From contig JBDKTK010000178.1 in NCBI GenBank assembly GCA_039680225.1, forward strand, positions 1-62,765: a stretch of 62,765 nt of DNA, read 5' to 3'. The position numbers and the translations under genes were made by a program. Under the pieces are notes generated by a model. It was not told the DNA's origin. It saw only the letters and a list, made by a program, of their open reading frames with translations, and did not search any database. The first letter of the stretch is position 1; each line of letters starts with the position of its first letter. This DNA comes from Syntrophaceae bacterium. Lineage in GTDB: Bacteria; Desulfobacterota; Syntrophia; Syntrophales; UBA4778. This document shows, piece by piece, positions 47,460 through 56,795 of this stretch.

Positions 47460-48719
47460 TCAAGGGGCTTTTTTGCAATCCGCATTAAGATTTCTGATTC
47501 GCTCCACGAGCGGGGGGTGGCTGTAATAAAACCAGGCAAACAGCGGATGAGGATGAAGGTTGGCGAGGTTGTCCTTGGCAAGCCTCTTGAAGGCGTCCGC
47601 AAGGTCAGCAGGGTTGCCGGTCAGGCTGCAGGCGTCCGAATCCGCCTGCCTTTCAAACCTGCGGGACATGGCTGCCCCGATCGGGGTGAAAAATAACGAC
47701 AGGGGCTTGAGGACGACGCCCACAAAGAACAGCCCGGCAAAGGCCACCGTCTGCGTGAAACCGAATATTGAGTAAAACTGTTCACTGCGGATCAGGCAGG
47801 CGGAGACGGACAGCACCAGCAAAGACACTATTTCCATCAAAGCGAACTGCTTGAGGACGTGCTTGCGGGTCCAGTGGCCCAGCTCGTGGGCGAGCACCGC
47901 CAGGATCTCCCCGCGGGGATGGGACTGGAGCAGCGTATCATAGAGGACGATCCTCTTTGTTTTCCCGATCCCTGTAAAATAGGCGTTCGTATGGCGGCTG
48001 CGCTTTCCGGCGTCGATCTGGAAGATACCCTGGACCTTGAGGCCCCTCCTTTCCATCATCTCGATTATGCCTTGTTTCAGCTCCTCGTCCGCGACCGGTT
48101 CAAACCTGTTGAACAGGGGAGCGATGAGGACCGGATAAAGCCAGAGCATCAGGAGCTGAAAACCGGAAAAAACGAGCCAGGCCCAGAACCACCACAGGGG
48201 CGTCGAATCAAGCAGCCACAGGAAAATGGCCAGCAGGGCGCCCATAAGGACGATGGATATGGCCGCACCCTTAAGCAAATCCGCGAGCCACATGCGGAAG
48301 GTTATCGTGCTGAACCCGTATTTTTTTTCGATCACGAAAGTGCTGTAAAGGCTGAACGGCAGACCGATAACCCAGCTCAGGAGGAACAGGGACCCGAAAA
48401 AAGCCAGTCCGGCCGTAACGAAGCCGAACCGCGAATCAAATTCTGCCGCGAGCCAGGGGATGAAGCCGAGCAGGATGACCGCGATCAGCAACGCATCGTC
48501 AAAAAGGCTTTCAATATTACCGAACCTGGACGACTCCAGGGTGTAGTCGGTTATGCGCGAAAGCGTCTCCTGATCTATCTCGCCCTGGAATTCCGGCGGG
48601 ATTTCCTTGCCGTGCTTTTTCAGGTTGCCGGTATTGAGCCTGCTCAGGGTAAAGCGAAGGGACGAGCTGATAACCAGGGCGGCAAGGACGAGGAGAAGCC
48701 AGATACTCACCGGGATCAT
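47460..48719 (-). CDS. M48 family metalloprotease, Ste24/CAAX-protease-like (polytopic membrane)
   Basis: HELGHWTRKH zinc motif and about 7 TM segments. Start moved to ATG 48719 (MIPVSIWLLLV...), which overlaps the upstream gene stop as ATGA. Confidence 0.85.
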   Translation of the reverse strand: MIPVSIWLLLVLAALVISSSLRFTLSRLNTGNLKKHGKEIPPEFQGEIDQETLSRITDYTLESSRFGNIESLFDDALLIAVILLGFIPWLAAEFDSRFGFVTAGLAFFGSLFLLSWVIGLPFSLYSTFVIEKKYGFSTITFRMWLADLLKGAAISIVLMGALLAIFLWLLDSTPLWWFWAWLVFSGFQLLMLWLYPVLIAPLFNRFEPVADEELKQGIIEMMERRGLKVQGIFQIDAGKRSRHTNAYFTGIGKTKRIVLYDTLLQSHPRGEILAVLAHELGHWTRKHVLKQFALMEIVSLLVLSVSACLIRSEQFYSIFGFTQTVAFAGLFFVGVVLKPLSLFFTPIGAAMSRRFERQADSDACSLTGNPADLADAFKRLAKDNLANLHPHPLFAWFYYSHPPLVERIRNLNADCKKAP

Positions 48720-50218
48720 TTGCCGGGCTCGCCTTCCTCGAAACAGCTCTTCCTGAGCGCGGCGAAGCCGTCCTTTCCGGCGGCAAGCATCAAGGTGAAC
48801 GGCATGGCCCGGCGGCCGAGGCTGACCATTTTTTCGACCGTGTCCCTGATGTCCCACTGGGCATGGCGGTCCAGCCTGAGCCGGGCGACATGGTACATTT
48901 CCCTGGCGTTGACCTTCATCAATACCCTTTTTTGATGGGCGTTGGTCAGGACGTACGTCCCGGCGCCGGGGGCCTCCCTTTCCAGTTGCTGATACAGTTC
49001 TTCGGTGCGGAAAAGGACTTTCCGGAAGCGCTCTTCCATGCCGGCCTCCCTGATCGCGGGCGGGATCGTGATCCCCAGGGCGGGGTCGTACTCCTGCGTC
49101 GTGATAGTCGCCATCCTGTGCCTTTTCAACTGGGCAAAGCAGCTGGCGCTGACGATCAGCTCATAAAGGAGGCCGACCTGTTCGAATTCCCTGATGGGGG
49201 CATCGAAGGACTGCATTCTTTTGAGCGATGCGGCGATGGTCTCTTCCATTTCCCTGTCGTCCATGAGATCGGCCACGGCAATACACTTGTCCATAGGATG
49301 GCCCGAGGAGGAATGCAGCAGCGCCGCCACGAGTTTCCGGTCGGCGTCCGGAGTGGCCCAGATCAGGCTGACATGGCCGCGCTTCGCCATTATCCTTGGC
49401 TTTTTCTCCTCCCATTTCTTTTTTCCCCATTTCGCGAACAGCTCCCGGGTCCGGTCTTTCAATTCATCGCGCGTGCCGCGGTCGAACTCGGTGGCTTCCG
49501 TGTAACGGACGAGAGAAGGGGCGGTCCCGAAGCAGGCCGCATAGAGCTGCGATCCGAACCGGCGGGCCTCTTCGAGAGGATGCGCCGAGAAACGGCGCAG
49601 CATCAGCTCCAGGTTCCGCGCGTTGAGAGTCATGCCGAGTTGTGTCTGGGTCGCCAGCGACAGGACATAGCGCGCGTCTTCCTTGGCAAGGTTTTCCAGG
49701 TATACACGGTTGGACGGGTCGGCTGCGAGGTCAGGATGTTTTTCGAATACGCAGGGTCTCAGGGCCTCGTAAAGGACGTGGTAAAACTGGTTCTGCTCCC
49801 TGACGGTTTCCACGAAGGGGTCCTGCAGGCCTGCGGCCCTCACCTCTTCGGGGACCACGAAATCGTCTTTCAGCAGGACGTACCGCTGCGATTTTTCGGT
49901 GTAGGAGCAAAGGCGGAATTTTTCGATCTCCTCGACAATGAGGCGCGACACCCCGAGCGCGTCGACATTGAATACGGCATGCTCCGCTATCGAACTGTGG
50001 CCCATATCGAAGACGATCCGCGTGTTGGACTGCCTCGCGGAGGCCACCTCCCCCCGGGAAATCTTCCTCAGCTCGTTTACGGGCAGCGGGTTGCGGCTTA
50101 TCCTGGCGTAAGCTGCGGAAACGGTTTCGGGAGTCAGTTCCCGGCCGTCGGGCATGTTTTTCCCGAGTTCGGAGATCAGATCGGCATCCAGATTATAACC
50201 AGCTAAAAGGACTTTCAT
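48716..50218 (-). CDS. thyX: FAD-dependent thymidylate synthase-like protein with two fused ThyX domains
   Basis: 500 aa. The N-half has GHSSIAEHAVF and FRLCSYTEKSQRY, the C-half has LKRHRMATITTQ and DRHAQWDIRD. Start moved to ATG 50218 (GGAGGGGGG upstream). Confidence 0.75.
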   Translation of the reverse strand: MKVLLAGYNLDADLISELGKNMPDGRELTPETVSAAYARISRNPLPVNELRKISRGEVASARQSNTRIVFDMGHSSIAEHAVFNVDALGVSRLIVEEIEKFRLCSYTEKSQRYVLLKDDFVVPEEVRAAGLQDPFVETVREQNQFYHVLYEALRPCVFEKHPDLAADPSNRVYLENLAKEDARYVLSLATQTQLGMTLNARNLELMLRRFSAHPLEEARRFGSQLYAACFGTAPSLVRYTEATEFDRGTRDELKDRTRELFAKWGKKKWEEKKPRIMAKRGHVSLIWATPDADRKLVAALLHSSSGHPMDKCIAVADLMDDREMEETIAASLKRMQSFDAPIREFEQVGLLYELIVSASCFAQLKRHRMATITTQEYDPALGITIPPAIREAGMEERFRKVLFRTEELYQQLEREAPGAGTYVLTNAHQKRVLMKVNAREMYHVARLRLDRHAQWDIRDTVEKMVSLGRRAMPFTLMLAAGKDGFAALRKSCFEEGEPGK

Positions 50219-50387
50219 TTCCCCCCCTCCGACTGCCTCAAATAACATGGTTACCAAATAAATTCGACATTAAATTCGAACAACTAAACATGGAAAATCA
50301 TTTTTGGCCAAACGGGAACAAACATTTTGACAATGAAAGCACATTTCATGTAGATTTTTTGGCCTAAATTGAGCAGAAGGACCTGAT

Positions 50388-51356
50388 GTGAATATAAATG
50401 CAGCTGACCGGATAGAGATCCTGACCTTGCAGGACAATTATATCGAAATCACGGCCGTTGACAATTCCGACGTCGTCTCCCGGGCCAGGTACCTCATCGG
50501 CGGGGAGATCGGCAATTCCATCCTGGCGGAACACGGTTTTTCCGCCCTTGTCGGGATTACGCGGTCGGGACGCACCAGGCATATCCTGTTCGATTTCGGC
50601 TTTTCACGCATCGGCGCGGCCTATAATGCCCGGGCGCTCAATGCCGGCCTGGCTGACGTTGATCTGCTTGTGCTGTCGCACGGCCATTCGGACCATTTCG
50701 GCGGGCTCGGGGAACTCCTCAAAATTATCGACAGGCAGCGCCTCCGGATTGTCCTCCATCCAGGCGTCTTCAAACCGCAGCGTTACGTCAGGTTCGGCTC
50801 CCAGAAGGCCCATTTCCCCCGGCTGACAAAAAAATACCTCGAGGAGCTTGGGCTGGAGGTCGTGGAGTCGACTGCCCCGCTTGAACTTCTGGACGGGGAT
50901 GCAATTTTTCTGGGCCAGATCGAAAAGGAGACCGGTTACGAAAAAGGCATGCCGTTCGCGTTTTTCGAGAAGGAGGGAAAGGAGAGCCCGGACGCCATAG
51001 AAGACGACAGCGCGCTCGTCATGAATGTTTCAGGAAAAGGTCTTATAATTCTTTCCGGGTGCGCCCATTCGGGAATCGTCAACACGGTCCGCTATGCCCG
51101 GAAACTGACAAACATGGAAAAGGTGCACGCCATCATGGGCGGGTTCCACCTGGCGGGACCGGCTTTTGCAGACGCAGTCGCCCCCACGATCAACGACCTG
51201 AAGGAAATCAACCCGGATTACATAATTCCAACCCACTGCACGGGACGGGGCACGGTTGCCGAAATAGAGAGGAACATGCCCGGCAAATTCATCCTTAACA
51301 TGTCCGGAACAAAATTAACCTTTTCTTCCGAGAAAGAAGCACATCATGAGTCCTGA
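50388..51356 (+). CDS. MBL fold metallo-hydrolase
   Basis: 322 aa with the LVLSHGHSDHFGG metal motif. GTG start. Confidence 0.85.
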   Translation: MNINAADRIEILTLQDNYIEITAVDNSDVVSRARYLIGGEIGNSILAEHGFSALVGITRSGRTRHILFDFGFSRIGAAYNARALNAGLADVDLLVLSHGHSDHFGGLGELLKIIDRQRLRIVLHPGVFKPQRYVRFGSQKAHFPRLTKKYLEELGLEVVESTAPLELLDGDAIFLGQIEKETGYEKGMPFAFFEKEGKESPDAIEDDSALVMNVSGKGLIILSGCAHSGIVNTVRYARKLTNMEKVHAIMGGFHLAGPAFADAVAPTINDLKEINPDYIIPTHCTGRGTVAEIERNMPGKFILNMSGTKLTFSSEKEAHHES

Positions 51357-53490
51357 AGCATTCGAGGGCCGGAACCTTGCGTACCGTTTGAAAATAATCG
51401 AGCTCCTGGCTTTTGTGATTCCCCTGCTGGTGGTTTTTTACGTTTTTTACCAGAACGATTTTGTCCTGAACCACTCGCAAATCCTGATCGTCATTTCCGT
51501 ATTGATCCTGATCGGCATCGGGATTGTGCTGCTGCGAAAGACTTTCCATCATTTCGATATGACTGCAAAGGTCATCAAGCGCTCGTCTGAAGACGGGAGC
51601 CTCCTGGACACAGAGGAAAATATCACCGCCGAAATGATGGAGATCGCGACCTCATTCAACAAGCTGGTCAGGAAAATCAACAATACGGGAATAGACCTGG
51701 ACCGCAAATCGTTCGAGCTCAACACGCTCAAGGAAATGATGGCCGTCGTCCGCAACAGGGACAACCCCATGGAGATGCTGAACATTTTCCTGGAGAAGGC
51801 AATCCTTGTGACGGGGGCCGCGCACGGGTCCATCCTGACCGAAGAAGGCGCGGGCAGCCTTAAAGTCCACCAGTTCCAGAGAGACGGAGACGGGCAGGGG
51901 GAAAACCCGGAGAGCGCAAGCGAGTCCGAGAGCAGCAGCATTTACGACTACATGAAATCCGGCCTGGGATCGAACCAGAAGGCGTTTTATTACAGCACCC
52001 CGTCTTTCATGAGCATTCCGGTAACGGTGCACGGCAAGCTCCTCGCGGTGGTAAACCTGGCCGCCCCGCCGGACAGGGAATTCCGGAGCGAGGACGAAGA
52101 CATACTGCGCCTGATGCTTGAGGAAATATGCTTTGCCATAGAAAACAGCCGGCTCAACCATGAGGTCCGGGAGAACCTGAACCTGATCCGCGAGCGGGCG
52201 GAGCTGCTCGAGAGGCATGTCCAGGACAGGGAGAATACCGAACGCCAGTTGCAGGACGTCAATGTCAGGTTCTTCGGCCTTATCCAGTCTGTCCCCGATA
52301 TGATCTCTTTCAAGGACACGGGCGGCCGTTTCCTCCTGGTCAACCGGGCCTTCGAGGACATCATGGGCCTGGAGCAGGAAGATGTCATCGGGAAGACATG
52401 TTATGAAATCTTCAAGCCCGAGATGGCGGAAGCCCTCGTCCAGTCGGACAAGCAGGTGCTGCGCTCCCGCATGGTCTCGCGTTTCGAGCACGAAATTGAT
52501 CATAACGGGAAAAGACTTATCATCGACACTATCAACACCCCCATTTACAACACCACCGGGCAGATTGCCGGAATTGTCAGCGTGAGCCGCGACATAACTT
52601 CCCGCCGGCAGGTGGAGGACCTGTATGAAGTCCTGGCCAACAGCTCCCCGGTCGGGGTTTACGTCGTCCAGGACGGGTACATCCGGTTCGGGAACCCGAA
52701 ATTCCGGGAGTACGCGGGCCTGAGCGAGCGGGAACTGCTGGGCCTGAAAGCCACGGACCTTGTCCACCCCGATGACAGGGAGTTTGTCAAGGCCAGTGCG
52801 GCAAAGATGCTCAAGGGGCAGCGCTCGGCGCCCTACGAGTACAGGTTGAATACCCGGGGCGGCGAGACAAGATGGATAATGGAAACCGTCATCCCCATCA
52901 CTTACGGCGGCGAAAAGGCCGTCCTGGGGAATGCACTGGACTTTACGGCCAGGCGAAACGCCGAGGAAGCCCTACGGGAGAGCGAACAGAAATACATGGA
53001 GCTGAGCATCACGGACGACCTGACCAAGCTGTTCAATTCCCGGCATTTCTTTATCCAGCTCAAGTCCGAACTCAAGAGGACAAGCCGCTACGGGAACATC
53101 CTGTCCATAATCCTCCTGGACATGGATAATTTCAAACAATACAACGATTGCCACGGGCACATTGAGGGCGACAAAATCCTTGTCCGCCTCGCCAATGTAA
53201 TCCGCAAGTGCATCCGCATGACAGACACGGTGTGCCGTTACGGCGGGGACGAATTCATCATCATCCTGCCGGAAACTCCGGGGCCGGAAGCGGTCCGGGT
53301 GGCCGAGAGGATCAGGCAGGACTTCATTGCGGAGCGGGCCCTGGCCGAAGACCAGAGAGTCGAAGTGACCCTCAGCATCGGCGTCGCGGAATACGTCTTT
53401 AACGAGGATATGATGGACTTCATCAAGAGGGCCGACGCCAACATGTACAAGGCGAAGGAAAACGGCAGGAACCAGGTCTTCTTTCATTAA
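51346..53490 (+). CDS. Sensor diguanylate cyclase (2 TM, GAF-like, two PAS, GGDEF)
   Basis: 714 aa. Intact RYGGDEF with an RMTD I-site exactly 5 residues upstream. The PAS segments include DMISFKDTGGRFLLVNRAF. It overlaps the MBL gene by 11 nt. Confidence 0.88.
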   Translation: MSPEAFEGRNLAYRLKIIELLAFVIPLLVVFYVFYQNDFVLNHSQILIVISVLILIGIGIVLLRKTFHHFDMTAKVIKRSSEDGSLLDTEENITAEMMEIATSFNKLVRKINNTGIDLDRKSFELNTLKEMMAVVRNRDNPMEMLNIFLEKAILVTGAAHGSILTEEGAGSLKVHQFQRDGDGQGENPESASESESSSIYDYMKSGLGSNQKAFYYSTPSFMSIPVTVHGKLLAVVNLAAPPDREFRSEDEDILRLMLEEICFAIENSRLNHEVRENLNLIRERAELLERHVQDRENTERQLQDVNVRFFGLIQSVPDMISFKDTGGRFLLVNRAFEDIMGLEQEDVIGKTCYEIFKPEMAEALVQSDKQVLRSRMVSRFEHEIDHNGKRLIIDTINTPIYNTTGQIAGIVSVSRDITSRRQVEDLYEVLANSSPVGVYVVQDGYIRFGNPKFREYAGLSERELLGLKATDLVHPDDREFVKASAAKMLKGQRSAPYEYRLNTRGGETRWIMETVIPITYGGEKAVLGNALDFTARRNAEEALRESEQKYMELSITDDLTKLFNSRHFFIQLKSELKRTSRYGNILSIILLDMDNFKQYNDCHGHIEGDKILVRLANVIRKCIRMTDTVCRYGGDEFIIILPETPGPEAVRVAERIRQDFIAERALAEDQRVEVTLSIGVAEYVFNEDMMDFIKRADANMYKAKENGRNQVFFH

Positions 53491-53510
53491 TTTCACGGGG
53501 AGGAACTTTT

Positions 53511-54080
53511 ATGGAACTCTTCGAAGCAATAAGGAAACGCCGCAGCTGCCGCAGGTTCCTGCCGGACAGCATCCCTGCCGATGACGTGGGCAGGATCCTG
53601 GAAGCCGCCATCTGGGCGCCTTCCCCGGCCAACAACCAGCCCTGGGAATTCATTGTCGTCACCAGCCCCGAAATCAAGGCCAGGATCGCCGATGCCGCGG
53701 CTGCCACGAAAACCATGCTGTTCGAGAAGAGCGGCTGGAAGTGGCTCGATCGTTATGATGTGAACTTTATCAGGGAATGCCCGGTCCTGATCGTCGTTTT
53801 GGGAGATCCCCAAAAATCCGGAGCGCATGTGTTCCTGGGCGACAGTATTCCCGCGTACCAGCATGCCTGCGCCGCGGCCGTGCAGAACATGCTGCTCGCC
53901 GCCTGCGCTTTGGGACTGGGGAGCCTCTGGTTCACGCTCTTCGAAAGATGTCCGGTCCGGCGTATCCTGAAGATCTCCACGGATCTGGACCCGCTTTCCA
54001 TTGTCTGCCTCGGAAAACCGGCGGCAACCCCGGTTGAACCCCCCCGCCAGAGTTTCGCCGAGAAGACCAGGTATGTCTGA
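53511..54080 (+). CDS. Nitroreductase family protein
   Basis: 189 aa. RRSCRRF, PSPANNQPWEF and C-terminal LG...W motifs. Confidence 0.88.
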   Translation: MELFEAIRKRRSCRRFLPDSIPADDVGRILEAAIWAPSPANNQPWEFIVVTSPEIKARIADAAAATKTMLFEKSGWKWLDRYDVNFIRECPVLIVVLGDPQKSGAHVFLGDSIPAYQHACAAAVQNMLLAACALGLGSLWFTLFERCPVRRILKISTDLDPLSIVCLGKPAATPVEPPRQSFAEKTRYV

Positions 54081-55141
54081 TGGCAAAGAGATTTTCCAGG
54101 AGTTCGAAAAAGGCCGGCCTGCCGCCCGGCTGTCTTATTCCCAACTATCCCGACAAAACGGAAGCTGTAAATATAATCGTCACCCATTACGGCGAAGACG
54201 GGTTCTCCGAAAAAAAAGCGGATTCGATAAAACAGATATTCCCCTTCAAGCAGGGCGGGGTCACCTGGGTCAGCATAGACGGGATCCACAAGGTCGACAT
54301 CATAGCCGAGATCGGCAAACAGCTGGACCTCCACCCGCTCTTCCTCGAGGATATAGCAACAATCGGTCAAAACCCCAAAGTTGAGGACTTCGGGCAATAC
54401 ATGTTCATAGTCCTCAAATCGCTCACCTTTGACGAGGAAAAGGGCGAAAGCTCGATCGAGCAGATCAGCATTGTGCTCGGGGAGAATTACGTCATAAGCT
54501 TCCAGGAGCACCCGGGCAAACTCTTCGATGTCATCCGCGACAGGATGCGCGCGGGCTCCGCGAGGCTGCTCCAGCTGGGGTCCGACTACCTGGCCTACTC
54601 CCTTCTGGATGTCATCGTCGACCAGTATTTCGTGGTCCTGGAAAAGTTCGGCAACTCGATCGAAGCAACCGAAGAGGCTTTAATGGACAGGCCGGGCCCG
54701 AAAGTCCTCCAGTCGATTCACCGGCTGAAGCGGGAGACCCTCTTCCTGCGCCGTTCGGTCCGGCTGGCAAGGGAAATGATAAATTTCCTGTACATGTCGG
54801 AGTCGCCCCTGATCAAGCCGGCGACGCGGGTTTACTTGCGCGATGTTTACGAGCACGTCATCCAGGTAATCGACACCGGGGAAAATTACCGGGAGATGGT
54901 ATTCGGCATGCTTGACATCTACCTGTCGAGCGTCAGCTACAGGCTCAACGAGGTGATGAAAGTCCTCACCATCATCTCCACGATTTTCATCCCCCTCACG
55001 TTCCTGGTCGGGATCTACGGGATGAACTTCAAGTACATGCCGGAACTCGAGCAGCCCTGGGCTTATCCTTTGCTGTGGGTTGTCATGCTGACGGTCGCCC
55101 TCGGCATGGTTTATTATTTCAAAAAGAAAAACTGGTTCTGA
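54080..55141 (+). CDS. corA: Magnesium/cobalt transporter CorA
   Basis: 353 aa. YGMNF signature before the last TM segment. The ATG overlaps the nitroreductase TGA. Confidence 0.92.
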   Translation: MAKRFSRSSKKAGLPPGCLIPNYPDKTEAVNIIVTHYGEDGFSEKKADSIKQIFPFKQGGVTWVSIDGIHKVDIIAEIGKQLDLHPLFLEDIATIGQNPKVEDFGQYMFIVLKSLTFDEEKGESSIEQISIVLGENYVISFQEHPGKLFDVIRDRMRAGSARLLQLGSDYLAYSLLDVIVDQYFVVLEKFGNSIEATEEALMDRPGPKVLQSIHRLKRETLFLRRSVRLAREMINFLYMSESPLIKPATRVYLRDVYEHVIQVIDTGENYREMVFGMLDIYLSSVSYRLNEVMKVLTIISTIFIPLTFLVGIYGMNFKYMPELEQPWAYPLLWVVMLTVALGMVYYFKKKNWF

Positions 55142-55143
55142 GC

Positions 55144-55183
55144 AAAGCTTTCCGCTTGCCCGTGTTCCTTCAGCCCTGCTAAC
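55144..55183 (+). promoter_or_regulatory. Conserved 40-nt upstream element, copy 1 (possible promoter TTGCCC-N18-TAACAT)
   Basis: aaagctttccgcttgcccgtgttccttcagccctgctaac. 35/40 identical to copy 2 at 55988-56027, and each copy precedes one cytidylate-kinase-like paralog. Confidence 0.4.
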
Positions 55184-55233
55184 ATCATAACATCTCCTGA
55201 ATATGACTTTTTCTGAAAAAGGAGGACGGAAAC

Positions 55234-55905
55234 ATGTCCCCCGAGACGATCGACCAACTTGTGCAGGAGCAGTTGGAAAAGTGGAAACTGGCTGATCAGG
55301 AAAGACGGACCGCAAAGACGGTTATCACAATATCGCGGGAGCCCGGCTGCAACGGGGCCTATATAGCGGCAAAGCTTGCCCGGGAATTCAAACTGGACCT
55401 CTATGCCGGCAAGATAGTCGAGGAAGTTGCGAAAAGCACCAGGATGACCACCGCGGTAATCGAATCCCTGGATGAAAAGAACCGCTCCATGCTGGATGAC
55501 TGGATCTCCATGCTCGATCCGGCCCACAGTCTCTGGTCCCAGGAGTATATGCATCACCTGGCCAGGCTGATAGGAACGGTCGCGCGGCACGGGCGCGCCG
55601 TCATCCTGGGCAGGGGCGCCAATTTCCTGATCGAGCCGGAGCGCCAGTTGAGGATAAGGGTCATCGCCCCCCTCGAAGCGCGCATTCAGAACGTGATGAA
55701 CAGGTTCGGCGCTTCCCGGCAGGAGGCCGAAAAAAGAATTAAACAGGTCGAGTCGGACCGTAAAGGCTATATCCACAAGTACTTCAAAATGGATATAGCC
55801 GGCCCCATCCATTATGACCTGGTCATCAACACCGCCTTCATCGGCGACGACGCGATAATCGCAATTACCAGGGCGGGTTTGAAGTCGAAAAATTTGATCT
55901 CATGA
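55234..55905 (+). CDS. Cytidylate kinase-like family protein (PF13189-type), paralog 1
   Basis: 223 aa. ITISREPGCNGAYIAAKLA replaces a canonical P-loop, as in this family. AGGAGG upstream. Confidence 0.75.
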   Translation: MSPETIDQLVQEQLEKWKLADQERRTAKTVITISREPGCNGAYIAAKLAREFKLDLYAGKIVEEVAKSTRMTTAVIESLDEKNRSMLDDWISMLDPAHSLWSQEYMHHLARLIGTVARHGRAVILGRGANFLIEPERQLRIRVIAPLEARIQNVMNRFGASRQEAEKRIKQVESDRKGYIHKYFKMDIAGPIHYDLVINTAFIGDDAIIAITRAGLKSKNLIS

Positions 55906-55987
55906 AATACGGGCTGCACCCCCGTGATCTTCGCTGCGAGCGCAATTGTCCCGTGACAACTCATCCCGAAAAGAAGAACTTGTTCCA

Positions 55988-56027
55988 AAAGCTTTCCGCT
56001 TGCCTGATTTCCTCCTGCCCTGCTAAC
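55988..56027 (+). promoter_or_regulatory. Conserved 40-nt upstream element, copy 2
   Basis: aaagctttccgcttgcctgatttcctcctgccctgctaac, 36 nt upstream of the paralog 2 ATG. Confidence 0.4.
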
Positions 56028-56063
56028 CTTTAAACAGAAGTTGAAATTGCGAAGGAGCCGTCA

Positions 56064-56747
56064 ATGGAAAAGATCCCAACATCCGACGTGATTGAACAGC
56101 TGGTGGATGAGCAGCTGGCAAAGTGGAAAACAGAGACCCTGGAAAGGCGAGCCGCTGCAAAAACATTGATCACAGTTTCGCGGGAGCCCGGCTGCAATGG
56201 GGCCCGGATATCGGAAAAACTTGCCCGGGAATTCGACCTGGACCTCTATGCCGGCAAAATTGTGCAGGAAGTTGCAAAGAGCGCCAAAATGACCACGGCT
56301 GTAATCGAATCCCTGGATGAAAAGGGCCGCTCCATGCTGGACGACTGGATCGCCATGCTGAACCCGGCCCGTAATCTCTCGTCGAATCAGTATTTGCAGC
56401 ACCTGGTGAAGCTGATGGGAACGGTTGCCCGGCACGGCCATGCCGTCATACTGGGCAGGGGCGGCAATTTTCTGATCGAGCCGGAACGCCAGCTGAGGAT
56501 AAGGCTTATTGCGCCCCGGGAGTGGCGAATCAGGAATGCGATGGACAGATTCGGGATTTCCCGCCGCGATGCCGAAAGAAAAATTGCCCAGGTCGAAACG
56601 GATCGCAAAGATTACATAATCAGGTACTTCAACGTGGACATAGCAGATCCCGTCAATTATGACCTGGTGATAAACACCGCCTTTATCGGTGACAACGCAA
56701 TAATAGAAATGACAAGAGCGGGTTTGAAGTTCAAAAATTTAATCTGA
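56064..56747 (+). CDS. Cytidylate kinase-like family protein, paralog 2
   Basis: 227 aa, collinear with paralog 1 (roughly 70 percent identical by eye). ITVSREPGCNGARISEKLA. Confidence 0.75.
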   Translation: MEKIPTSDVIEQLVDEQLAKWKTETLERRAAAKTLITVSREPGCNGARISEKLAREFDLDLYAGKIVQEVAKSAKMTTAVIESLDEKGRSMLDDWIAMLNPARNLSSNQYLQHLVKLMGTVARHGHAVILGRGGNFLIEPERQLRIRLIAPREWRIRNAMDRFGISRRDAERKIAQVETDRKDYIIRYFNVDIADPVNYDLVINTAFIGDNAIIEMTRAGLKFKNLI

Positions 56748-56795
56748 ATTCCTTCTTTCCTCTTAATTCCTCATGTAATATGCTCTGCGCCGCAT

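Noticed and set aside
55144-55183. Sigma-54 promoter in the duplicated 40-nt element (it contains TTGC).
   Set aside because: The required GG is not present 10 nt upstream of the GC of TTGC in either copy (AG instead), so the -24/-12 geometry fails.
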